A DNA stretch of 64,000 nucleotides, taken from NCBI GenBank assembly GCA_000182565.2, contig KQ257453.1. One strand, given 5' to 3'. The notes under the pieces are model-generated. The model saw only the letters and a program-made list of their open reading frames with translations, was not told the origin of the DNA and searched no databases. Below are positions 1-11,672 of the stretch, piece by piece (position 1 is the stretch's first letter; each line of letters opens with the position of its first letter). Source of the stretch: Spizellomyces punctatus DAOM BR117 (Eukaryota). The translations under genes were made by a program, and so were the position numbers.

Positions 1-3000
1 CAGATGGGAAGTGGTCGGATAAAGGAACTGGAGTTGTGGAATGTGTATATGTGGAGGTTAGTTTGCAACCAGATCTCACATACCAGGTCCTTGAAGGAAA
101 AACGGCCGTGCCTTGACTAACTGGCGCTCTCTTTCCTTCAGCCTAAGGAAGCGATGTGTTTGGTGGTCCGCTCGGATCGAGACAATACTGTGCTGATGAA
201 TTCGACCATTCGCAATGGTGTAAATTATGTTCGTCAACAAGGTAAATAATACAATACTCTTCGCAGTCCCCGTTCACCACACAAACATTTTGATTGACTC
301 GGGAATAGATACCCTCATTGTCTGGACGGAGCCAAATGGCCAGGACCTAGCACTTAGTTTTCAAGCGGCGGCAGGGTGTACAAATCTCTGGTATTTGCGT
401 CCATTGAGCGTATTCGCCCGGATGCCACAATAGTGACACCTTTGTGCAGGGACGAACTAGATCGAATCAAAGAGCGGCAGGCTGCTGATAAACACGGTAT
501 GTCGTAAAATGCACATTCGAGATATAATATGTTCTTGCTCTCTCGATGCTCATGCGAAGGGCGGTGCAGATATCGATCAGCTACCGAATACCCATGAGCA
601 TGACGGTTAGTGCTGGAGAGGTACTATGCGTGATTATCCTCTGGATGCTGATTATGTCGGAACAAATGTGTAGAAGAGGCAACCACAGAAGATTATCAAG
701 GACCACGCGAGTTGGATCTGCCAGATCCCGAACTAGCCAATCTCAAATACTTGGAAGAGCTGGTATTTCGAGCAGCCAGGAGTGTGTTTGGAAGAGATCT
801 TCTTTTGCAAGCTGTAGAGCGAACGGTGGGCGCATTGCGTTGGAGGATTATTATTTAAAGGTTTCCGTGTATTGATGACCAAATTACAGAATTTTATTCG
901 AAAACTGCTCCCGGTGTTTGAGACAAGTGAAGATTTAGAAGATATGGAGAGCCTGTACGCGCTGTCGAGTATATTACGGTCATTAAGTATGGGCCGCTAC
1001 TTACTTGCCCTCAATGGTTGTCGCTTTTGTCTAAAGTATCATTCAGTATTTTTAAATGAGGGAACCATTTTTGAGTTGATTCTCAGTGATGAACTCTTCA
1101 CGAGCGTGCTTGGAATACTAGAATGTGAGCATTCATCACATGTCGCAATTCATTACGAGACCTCATATGAAGTGATTTAAACAATAGACGATCGGGAGTT
1201 TCCAAACATGAAAGCGGAACACCGTGAACACTTTGCAAAACACGCCCAATTCAAACAGGTGAGCCTTAGCGACGCGATGCGTTTCGTGAACTTTGCTGAC
1301 CGTAGCTTACCAGATTGTACCGATACGAAACTCTGAGATACGCGCCAAAATAAATCAAACATATCGGGTCCAATACCTGAAGGACGTTGCGCTTGCCCGT
1401 TTATTAGACGATGGCACTTTTTCCGCCCTATTGTCGATGACCTTTTTCAATCAAACTGAGATAATCCAGTATATCAGGCAGGATCCGACGTTTTTGAAAG
1501 ATGTCTTCGGACTTTTGATGGCGCCGGAGACCCCGCAAGAGAAAAAAGGGGATGCAATCATGTTTCTGCATGAGCTTTGTTCGATTACAAAGAATTTGCA
1601 ATCCATGAACCGAGGATTGTTTTTTCGGTAAGAATTGATATACACGTTATCCGGAAAAGACATATCTCATTTCCTGCAGACATTGTGACCCAGATGCATT
1701 TTATCGGACTTTGATCAATCACGGGCTCTTCAATGTTCTGAGCACCACGTTCTCCAATGAGGATGTTCGTGTTAGGACGGCCATGACAGCGATAACAGCA
1801 CATCTTCTAGAGCACGATGCAAATATTGTCCGAACCATGACTCAAGCACAAGTCAAGGCTGCGGACGGTCCCCCTTTCATAGAAATGCTGATCGATCGGC
1901 TACTAGAGGAGTCGGATGCGGGTCTACGATCACAATACGCAGAGATGATTCGCATTTTACTGGATACCGCACCATTAGATACGTCTGAGGTAGGTGGTCG
2001 AAGGACGAGGCTGCATCCACCCTGGCTGCTGACCAATGTACTCTTATCAAGGGCATTGTTCCGCACCTCCCGTCTTCGGAACATGCCGTAGATAACTTTT
2101 TACAGCTTTTCTACGACAACTGGGTGGCAAAGCTCGTGAAACCTGTCCTGCAGCTTAATACCGAAGGGCACATGAAGGCAAGACCTGGTGCGTATGATGT
2201 CATCGTGGGTTTTTTGACCATCAGACAATTTACAGTCTCATGTGGCAGACGGCCTGGAAATCTTTGAGCTTGATCCTGACCAAGCGGCCGTGTGCAATCA
2301 TATTTGCGAATTGCTTTGCTTCATGATTAAGCAGCATCCTGTGCGTTGCCCGTACCTCTTTACCACGACCGACATTGCATCCAAAGTTGCACTGCTACTT
2401 CGATCAAAGGAGACATATTTACGTCTTTGTGAGTTGCCTGTCGATACTCTTAGGTCTTGCGTGGTTTCTAATTGTCTTGTCCAAAAGCTGCCCTTCGAGT
2501 TTTTCGAGTATGCATCGGAATGAAAGACGTGTTTTGGCATCGACTGCTGATCAAAAAGGACATTTTCAAAAATGTTCTTACAGCGTTCTTCGAAACAAAG
2601 TCAAAATATAATTTGCTCAACTCGGCATGTTTAGAGCTATTTGAATTTATTCGAAAAGTAAGAATACTCACGCCAGAGTCGATGCCAGATACCTAGCGCT
2701 GACCACTGCATCCTAGGAAAACCTGAAACCCCTTGTTGCGCATGTGGTCACAAACTACAGGAAGCAGATTGAGGAAGTGGACTATGTGGATACTTTCAAG
2801 GCCTTGATCCTGAGATATGAACAAAACATTGAGCCGCAGCCCAATGGCGGGGAGAGTTCAGAAGAGTACGTCAAGAATCATTTTTCTCTTTTTCAAGCCA
2901 AGCGCGTACTCAACATAATTTACGTTACAGGCCGACTCACGACAAGCAAAAAGCGCGCGATGGCTGGAATCGGACGGACGATGCAGAGGAAGCGTACTTC

Positions 3001-3639
3001 AATACGTCAGATGAAGATGAGGACGGAAACAGCTCTGGCACAGTCGTGAACGGAAATTCCACTCGGGACAAGAAAACGTCAAGCAGTAAGCTTTCGCCGC
3101 GCCGTGGGAATATTGAATTTGTGCGCGCTTCGCCAGATCTATTACCACCACGACCATTGGTTGACTATCCTGATGACGACGACGATGATGTGATCGGGGC
3201 ATTGGCAACTAAGGGCAAGACGGGTAGTCCTACTGCTTCGTCGAAACTCTCATCAAAGGTGTCTCCAGTGGTGTCGGCCCCAGTAAAGATTAATTTTACA
3301 CTTGGAGGACCAAGAAGAGAAAAGAGGACGCGGGACGATGAAGAAATGGCAAAAGGGCAAGCAACTAAGAAGGAAAAAGTTGCAGACGTAATTGTTGAAA
3401 CAACGGCAGATGCAAATGAGTCAGCAACTGCTGGCAGGGAAGAAAAGAAGAGTAATGGCAAGCCGGGTGCATTGAAGGAAAATGCAGGAGCGGAAAAGAC
3501 CCTTGCGTTGGTGCATGAAAGAGGTGACCCAGAAACTAAAGTGGAGTCTGAAGCAGGGCTGTCCAACGGCGAGGGCACCGCGACACCACCCACCGTGAAC
3601 TCCACAGGGCGAAATGCTACTAGCAAAGAAAAGGGGTGA
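1..3639 (+). CDS. PSY2: Protein phosphatase 4 regulatory subunit 3 (PP4R3/Psy2/SMK-1), multi-exon, 5'-truncated by the window edge
   Basis: EVH1-like start (DGKWSDKGTG; QQ/DTLIVWTEPNGQDLALSFQAAAGC). SMK-1 core motifs KINQTYRVQYLKDVALARLLDDGTFS and KYNLLNSACLELFEFIRK. C-terminal LVDYPDDDD motif. Canonical introns; stop TGA at 3637-3639. Confidence 0.93.
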
Positions 3640-4179
3640 CGACACAAATGCATTATCCGCGCCACTTTACGGGCTTTTCTTTACGAGAAGGATGTATTCG
3701 CAATCGCGCTGTTGATCGAGTAACCGAGAGATGCGATGGGAGTCTAAGCATATATTTCACAGGGAAGTAGGGTTGCGGAGGAACGGTCAATGGTCCCGCT
3801 AGGGGAATAGGTGCTTGTAGATGTAACTGTAATTATCATGTCGTTTTGCCGGAATCGTGTGACCGCGCCGTTTTAACTTAAAAACGAGGGATGACACTCC
3901 AGTCGGGGAAACAATAATAGGATGATGTAGTATCAGAAATGTATTTCTTTTGAAGGCAATCTACAGGCACCAGCACTTTTTGCACGGAAATATAATCTGT
4001 GGCTGTTTTATGTCGACTGACTAGCCGAGCGTAGGTACAGTGCGACAGTATTATGAGTTCCAGCTTCTCGCCCAGTGTCGACGCTGTTCCGTATAATTGT
4101 ACGTCGCAATTGTGTAAAGTGGACGCAGAACCGTCCATGGAGCGGTTTGTTCAACACTTTCTAGGATGTTTCAGACCCA

Positions 4180-4780
4180 AGTGCGACGAGTTGCTGCGCA
4201 TCGCTCCCAGCTTGCGCAGTACTCACATGTCGACCGCTTTTCAAAGAACGCTTGCGCAGCCGACACGCCACGCATGACAGTTTTCAGCGTGTCTCGCTGT
4301 AGAAGGTCGCTGCGCTTCGTTCATGCCCTGCATTGGGCTCAAACATTGGCCGCTCTTCCAAGGGCTCTTTGCGCGGCCAACCCGACAATTTCTATCATCG
4401 ATTTTCTATCATATCTCGGACTTACCTTTGGGCGACAAATCGCTCCACTTCATTCACACCTAGCTGTTTCACACATTGGCCGCTCTTTCGAGGGCTCTTT
4501 GCGTGGCCGATCTAAATTGAAAAATAGTTTCTATCGTACATCGGACTTACCGTTTGGGCGACGACTTGCTCCACTTCATTCACACCCAGCGTAGCGCTGA
4601 AACATTGGCCACTCTTTCAGGGCCTGTTTGCGCAGCTGCCGATCTAACATGGAAAATAGTTTCTATCGTATATCGGACTTACCGTTCGGGCGACGACTTT
4701 CTCCACTTCATTCACACCCAGTATAGCTCACACATTGACGCCGCTCTTTCCAGAGTTCTTTGCGCAGCAGACACGGACAA
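4180..4780 (+). repeat. Tandem array of ~130-bp diverged units (about 4.5 copies)
   Basis: Unit starts (ACATTGGCCRCTCTTTC) at ~4342, ~4472, ~4601 and ~4731, with a degenerate copy at ~4224. Shared blocks are TTTGCGCAGC, TTTCTATCGTA, TCGGACTTACC, GGGCGAC and CTCCACTTCATTCACACC. Confidence 0.9.
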
Positions 4781-5596
4781 CAGTCTCAAGCATTACTATG
4801 TACATTGAAGGAATTGCTGCGCTTGGTCCACACTTGATACGTCAACGCTGTCACCTCTACCTATATATCGCACTTTGTTTAGCTGGTGCCTTGTACTTTG
4901 TCACGCTCACCTCTATTTTTTCGACATCCGCATGTTGCATGTTGGCCATGTGCTTGTCTGTCATCTGTCCCTTGCTTTCGCGCACATCCCATCACCAGTA
5001 GGATTTGTATTCCGTGTGCAGTACGAACAATCTCTATATCTTCTTGATAAAAGCAGAGCAGATTGTGGAGGCCGAGAGAAAGAGAGAAGAGATGAAAAGA
5101 CGGGGGACGGCCAGTAGTGCGTCATTTAAATAGACGAGGTCTGGCGCGTCCACGTAATCACGATAACGCGTGCGCCAGGAGTTGTGGGCCCTGAAGCCCC
5201 TTGAAGCATGCGAGTGCTGGCAGGAGGTTGCGTCACAGGAGGTGGAGGTCGTGCACCATGACCGGCCATGGCCACATTGATCAGATGGTGGACAGTTGGA
5301 GATGCAAGTGGGGACGTGCCCACCGCATCAGTGTGATTATGCGAGTCTATGTGTACATGTCTTAGCGCATGAACAATTTACCAAGAGCATGCTGATACGG
5401 CTGAGGCAAAGGTGTATTTCCATGAAAACCTGTTATTAGTGTTGTGATACGTACCTTTTAATGTCAACAACGAAGTCACTGCAATCATAGCTATAAGAAA
5501 GGCGGTCATCCACAGGGCCGAAATATCCCGTGGTAGTGATATTTTTTGGACTGGATCTGGAATCTGGATCGATTGCGACGTCAATAAAACGGATTT

Positions 5597-5719
5597 ACGC
5601 TGAGTGTGAAAGAAGCGGAGCAATTCGTCACCCGAGAGGTAGGTCCGAGGTACGATGCAAGCTATTTTACATGTTAGATCGGCTGCGCAAACAACCCTTG
5701 AAAGAGTGGCCAATGTGTG
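5597..5719 (-). repeat. Single inverted copy of the ~130-bp unit
   Basis: Reverse complement reads CACATTGGCCACTCTTTCAAGGGTTGTTTGCGCAGCCGATCTAACATGTAAAATAG...CTCCGCTTCTTTCACACTCAGCGT, collinear with the unit at 4601. Confidence 0.88.
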
Positions 5720-6131
5720 GGCCTGATGCCGGACACAATCAAGTTGGCTTGAGGGCGAAATGAAGTCCTCAATCTTTACGGGCTTGAATAACAGTGGAGC
5801 GTGGACATGCGAGAGGAATGCTCGAGAATTGAAAGTGCTGATCACACCTGATTGTAAACACGGGCGATGCGTTACAGTGAACACTGTCCAAAACCAGGCC
5901 CCGAACTCATACTACGATATCATATACCATTGATGTTGATCATAGCGTCTTGTAATTACTTTGGTTGAAATATGCAAACCAATCCTGCTGTCAATTTAAG
6001 TCCTTTATACCAAAGCTATCACGAGCCTTTAGTTGCATAGTACATCTATAATTCGTCCAGCGTGTTCTGGTGTAAATTTACACACTTCATCGAAACCCAT
6101 TTGCGCCCCGGAGATCCATCATTTGAAGCAG

Positions 6132-8176
6132 ATGGAGCTAGCGACTGGGAATACAACCAAAAGCACCTTTTCAATCACCAGCGATAATACAAACCTAGCT
6201 CGCTAGCATAACCTCAGAAAGTCAGCTCCACCAGATGAACCAACTTTTGGAAAGGTGAGCGATCAGATTTTATATCATTAGAAACGGCAAACGAATGCAG
6301 AAAGAGGGCCATTATGGGTAAGATCAAATGTGATGCTCATCGAGTGCCAATAAGCACCCGACCTCATAAGAGATGGTTTACAGAATTAGAGCCTACGTAT
6401 AATGACAGATCCCCGAGATCTTATACAATCTTTCTACTCTAGCACGTCTTGATGCCATTGGAAGCTTACAGGACACAACCCTGGGGCAGATCTCGTCGTC
6501 GTCGGCGGTAGTCAGTGCAAAGTATGAGCTTGCCCGCCATCACGTCAGCAAACTCTACGAACGCGATGCGCGTTGATCGACCCAGCGTACTGTTTACCAC
6601 TGCACCTTCACAAAATGATCTCTTCTGCCCCACTTCACAGCAATCCCCACACCGATAGTTCATATTTTAATGTCTCAGCTGCATGCAAAAACCTCTTGTT
6701 CATTCTCAACACATGGGATCCAGACCGAAAAGCAGATGCTACCCGCGCGGCGGACGGACTTTTTAGAGCTATGCAATCCTTGGAATTTCTGGAGCCAAGC
6801 TCAGAAGGCTGCCAGCTGAAGGAAACTGAAATAGATCTGAAACATACGATTGATGCGCTTTTGAGTGGGAAAGACGCATATGCGGCTAAAGCTGCGAGGA
6901 TTACTGTCAAATTGTTGAATGATCTGGCGAAACAAACCAATAACGAACACCATAGAAGATGGAGGACACCAACAGCATCTTGTAGTCAAATTGGTGGGAA
7001 TATCATTGCAAAAAGATATTCTACAGGTATGGGGTTTCAGGCAACTGAGCTGGATGGACGTTAAGACGGGACTGATGCTCTTGATTCTCGGCAGAAACTT
7101 TTGAACAGCACACTGGTCAGATGGATATCAGCAACGCCATATCGGTCCTTTCCAGGGACATTAACGAGCTCCGGAGACTAATCGTTCATACAAATCAGAA
7201 GCATCCAGAGACAGTGAACGCCGCTGTTTGTTTGCGAAAAGAGTGTAGCTCGCAACCTCCAGATGCATCAACTCCAAACGTCCGAACAACTGTTTCACCA
7301 AACGCTTTGCAAGGACAGTTAACGGAGCTTCAGGAACTAAGACGATCTATCGCCGTTCTCAAACAATTATTCAAGGAAACCCAACACCGCACAACACAAA
7401 CAATCACACATATTAGCGCCCAGGTTCGCCTCATGCAAAACCGTCAAACATCCACCCTGAATCCCGCACGAACAGCATTGCTATTAGAGAAGGAAAAGAT
7501 GGCTCGTGAATCTACGGCCATTAATAGCCGGCTGGATCAGCTCAAGCAAATTGTGGAAACATTGAGAGTGGACGTGACTCGACGGATGAGGCCCAGCCAA
7601 AGCCGACTACGGGCAGCCTGGAAGGAGGCCCTTGCTATACAAGAGAGCGTAAATAAATTCACAGAGTACATAGGGCAAGTCCGGCCCACATGGAAGAAAA
7701 CATGGGAAGACGAACTCCAAGGAATTGTACGGGAACAAGCGTTTTTGAAAGCACAGGAAGGACTCGCTATGAATATGGAAGAGAGCCATTCGGATCTACT
7801 CGATATGCTGCAAACGGTGGCGCGGTTTTTAGAGCTCTCAGATTCTACCGGACCGTCGGCGCCCGATCCATACAATGTTCCGCTTGATGTTATGAGCGCA
7901 GATGAAGTTCAAGAAGTAGGCCTCTCGCAAGTGCTCGAGCAAATACGACTTGCAGCTAGTGACGATGATAGTGAGCGACGCCTACAGGCCTTGGAGAATC
8001 TACAAAAGATAAAGTTATGGGAAAAGAACGCAGAGAAGGCAGAGGGAAACGACTTTGAGGACGAGTTGGTGCAGATGGTGCGTACAGGAGCCTTGAAGAA
8101 GACTGGTGGAGTGGAAGAGGTGGAAAGGATCAGAGCACAAAAGGATGCTGCAAATATACGAGCAAATTTCCGATAA
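6132..8176 (+). CDS. BUD6: Bud6/Aip3 actin-interacting formin cofactor, multi-exon (start approximate)
   Basis: AIP3-domain motifs VETLRVDVTRR, PTWKKTWEDELQGIVREQAFL and FEDELVQMVRTGALKKTGGVEEVERIR. N-terminal ACKNLLFILNTW resembles the Bud6 N-terminal domain. Confidence 0.85.
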
Positions 8177-8224
8177 CAAGAACCAGTGCGCTATTCAGTT
8201 GTTCTATTTAGCGCGAGCGACGTC

Positions 8225-8848
8225 TCATCCCTCTTCGTCGTCGAATGATAAAAGCTTTTTATTCTTGATCTTTTTGGTGTTTGCTAATGCTGCCTTCTTT
8301 TTCTCATCAACTTTTCGGCGTTTCTCTGCCGATGCTGACGTTGAACTCTTCTTCTTTGGTTTTCTGAACTTTACTTTCCCATCGGTTCCAGTGTCTTCTG
8401 CCTCTTCTTCACTTGGTTCACTCTGATCCTCTTCCCCATCAGCCGCCCGTTTACGAGATTCTTCGTCTGGCGTATCTGCAGTGTGGCTATGAGCTCACTG
8501 TTTATTACATATCCCGCTTCTCAATTGCCACCAACCTTTTCCAAGATACCGCTTCACCTCAAAGTCCGTTATCCCCTTCTCCACCACTACCTGTGGTTTC
8601 TCATCGTCCTTCTCAGGCGCATCAGGTCCGCTATCTTCGTCATTATCAGCACTAAAATCGGGTATATCTCGTCTAGATCGTTGTGTCCCGCTGGTTGCAG
8701 CTTGAAGTTGTCGTAGAAAATTTGGTGTCTCTGCTTGGAAGGATAGACCTTGTCTTGTAGAGAAGCTTATTAGGCAAGCACCACTCTGTCCTTATGAGAA
8801 CGAGAAACGAAATAACCTTGCGTTGTAATTGAGCTTTTTGTCGGACAT
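8225..8848 (-). CDS. DUF4604 (KIAA1143-like) small protein, spliced
   Basis: Spliced translation MSDKKLNYNAR-QGLSFQAETPNFLRQL...EKDDEKPQVVV...KKIKNKKLLSFDDEEG*. The P.FL, EKPQVVV and LLSFDDEE motifs are typical of the family. Confidence 0.75.
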
Positions 8849-9049
8849 GACTGCAATTTGGTGAGAAATGCAGAAGCAAGAGACCGTAGGCCTTTATGTA
8901 CGCGTCTGCAAAGTGATGCACAAGGCGAACCCAGCATCGAATACGATTTTCCTCTCGACGACACAAACTGGGCTACTGCAAAAAGAATGGAACTTTGGCT
9001 GTTATTTGATATCTAGTGTTCAGTGCAGAGTTGAGCCTGCAGGACTTGA

Positions 9050-9790
9050 AGTGCCCATCGCACTATGGCGTGTTTTTTGGAATTGGCCTTAACGAAATCA
9101 CAATTGCCTTCAATAAAACGTCCTGGGCCGTATGCAGACGGAGTTGTGGATTGCAATCAGTGAATAATATGTGGATTGAGGATAAGAAATACTATAGCGA
9201 CCATGCTCCTGAGTGCGAAGAACACTTTGAAATTGTCGAAATATCTCATTATCTGACGCCAACAGCCCCTCACAACTTTCAAAGACGAGTAAAATGATGC
9301 TAGGAAGGATTTAAACATGGATGCCTCTGTAATAATCTTGCCTATCGTTGGTGGTAGCACTGTGGAAAGGATTTCTACGTCGTATAAGTAATGTCTATCA
9401 GATCTGGCATGCTCAGACACAGACCCCGATAATATGGAAGGAATAACTTCGATGCTGGGCGGATATTTAATAATGGAATGATAAAATCATGCAGAACCCT
9501 TTCTGTGGATGAACTGGAACATTGGAGGTCTCATCAAAGTAAGATATGAGGCGATTGGAGGTAAAGGTAAATAGGTTTGTCAAAAGTTCCGAGACCTCAA
9601 GTCGTTCCGCAAAAATATGTCCGCAGAGACGACGATTAATGCACTGCGGACAGAAGGTTCACCAGTGGCACCTCAGATACCAGGGTTTGTCAAAAATGTT
9701 CACCTGCTTATCCCAGTGGAGGACGATAGACAGGGAGATGTAAACAAAGCAGCTTGCTCTCGCAGAGGACAAATTTCTCTGAGAGTCCTT
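9050..9790 (-). pseudogene. Possible degraded Apc4 (APC/C subunit 4)-like remnant
   Basis: Fragments ESKLLCLHLP, LIVVSAD and ILSTVLPP...FKSFL...SSLKVVRGCWRQIMRYFD follow the order and spacing I recall for Apc4 (ESNLLLPKLP; LLYSFLP...SLTCMCEAWEEILMQMD). They are broken by stops and frameshifts. Confidence 0.4.
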
Positions 9791-10203
9791 GCTAATCAGG
9801 TTTCTCCCTCAATGCGAGGAGACCCCGCTTGCGAACACCTATTTTGTAGACTGTACTGTAAGATTTCGAGATTCAGAACATAGAGATGGAACTTACATCT
9901 AAGGCTACTGGAACCCTTGTAGAGCCTTATGAAAAATCCTTTTTGCTGTGCGTTGTCGTCAGTGTGGCTCCATATGGATCACTGGCATCCGTAAGAGGTA
10001 ATGAATCACCCGCTGCAAAGCACGTATTGATTGATAAAATGATTCTTAGCTGCCACGACAGTAGGCGATTTTTCCTCGCTGCAACATGTCTCGATCAATG
10101 ATGTAAAGAAAGCATGGCATTCTTTTCTAACTAGCTAGGCTTTGTAAATAGGGGGAACATGCGTACGTCTATCACTTAATGCCTATCATACTACTAAAGG
10201 AAA

Positions 10204-11297
10204 CTACATCCACTGCCCTTGCATGCCTGTGTGCAGTAACCCCCGTCCTTCCTCCGACATTGCAAATACCGATGACTGACGGCTACCGCCCGCTCCGTCC
10301 ATAGGATTATCATCATCCTCGCTATTCTTTGCTTTTTCACCCAATTCCACATCGTCTGGCTCTTCCAAATGCAGAGGCACCTCTTCACCTTCATCGACAA
10401 TATGGGCTTCCCTCAATACACGTCGTACCAAAAGTGTGAGATAGATGAAGACCCCAGCGGCAATTACGAGACCTATACTGAGGGCAAACACACGAGCGGG
10501 AGTCAGTTTGTTTGTTTCGGCGAGATCTCGGACTGTTGAGCCGATATAGACGTGGAGGATGATTTTAATTAAAGCTAAGCTGGTAGCTTGGGTGTAGCGG
10601 GTAAAGGTGACAGAGGTCGTGGCGAATAAGACAGACATGACGTTGAATGGATACGGTGCGAGGCGGATCACAGTGGTTAGCTGACAGACCAATGCAGATT
10701 AGAAATGACGACGTTTCTGTGCGAACCATTGCCTGACCATATACCTTAAGGCCCCCACTCTCTACAGCCTCTTCAATGGCCTTAAACTTTGGAAAAGAAC
10801 TCAAAATCTTGGATCTATAATAATTCCCCATCCACCACCTTGCTCCTACGAAACAGCATATCCCCCCAGTCCAGGCACCAATATAGGCCGGAACGAATCC
10901 TAGAGGGAACCCATAAATAAATCCACACATGTAGAGAAGAGTGCCGTAGCCCACTAGCGGTGGGAAGCAGGTGAGAAAGAGTAAAAGGATCATTAAAAGC
11001 ATTCCCCTACAGTGATGAAAAACAGTGCGTAAGCCAGTCCGCTAAGGATATCGTTCACGGTACGCACAACAGCTACCACAAAATCGACACATACCCAAAT
11101 CCCATCCCATGTATCAGGGCCGCAAAGCTGGTCAAGAATGCAATTATTTGTTCATGGAACAGGAGGAATATCACTAGCCCAAGCAATGACATTCCGCTGA
11201 GTATCCATATTGGGAGCCACTGGCGAGTGAACAAGAATCGAATGCTTGGGATGCGTGACAAGAGGGATCGAGGAGATGTATGGTGGTAATCTGACAT
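10204..11297 (-). CDS. TVP38: Tvp38/TMEM64-like VTT (SNARE-associated Golgi) membrane protein, 3 exons
   Basis: Motifs FPPLVGYG..LYMCGFIYGFPLGF...GAWTGGICCFVGAR, IRLAPYPFNVMSVLFA and KIILHVYIGS; acidic C-terminal tail. Confidence 0.88.
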
Positions 11298-11672
11298 TTT
11301 ACTTTACGTTTAGGGGTTGGACGGGATTTGCTTTGCGGATTAGGTGTCGAGATGAGCAAAATATATCGGATTGGCGATTAGGTTTAAGCGTGTTAAAAAA
11401 GAGAGGCAAATCAGAAATGCGTCCTGTCCTCAACCGTCGGTTGATGGAACCATCTGCCAGCCATACAGCTCCAGCATCTGGTAAAAGTCCTTGCTGTCCT
11501 CGTCGTCGTCGTCGTCGTTGTTGGTTGTTTTCCAAATTGCTATTGAAAATGCGCAGAGAACTGCAAAAGCCAAACTAATGACGAGGGTCGATTAGCGGGT
11601 CATGCCAAGCCACACGAGTGTTCCAACTGTCAGATCGTCGCCGTATTTGTTTATCCTATCTTTTTGTTTTTC

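Noticed and set aside
3165-3665. Antisense ORFs here and at 37756-38199 and 58909-59376
   Set aside because: Shadows of low-complexity coding exons on the opposite strand.
4180-4780. CRISPR-like or repeat-spacer guide array; alternatively a 43-residue repeat protein
   Set aside because: Units are similar along their whole length with no unique spacers, no nuclease gene is adjacent, and indels shift the reading frame between units.
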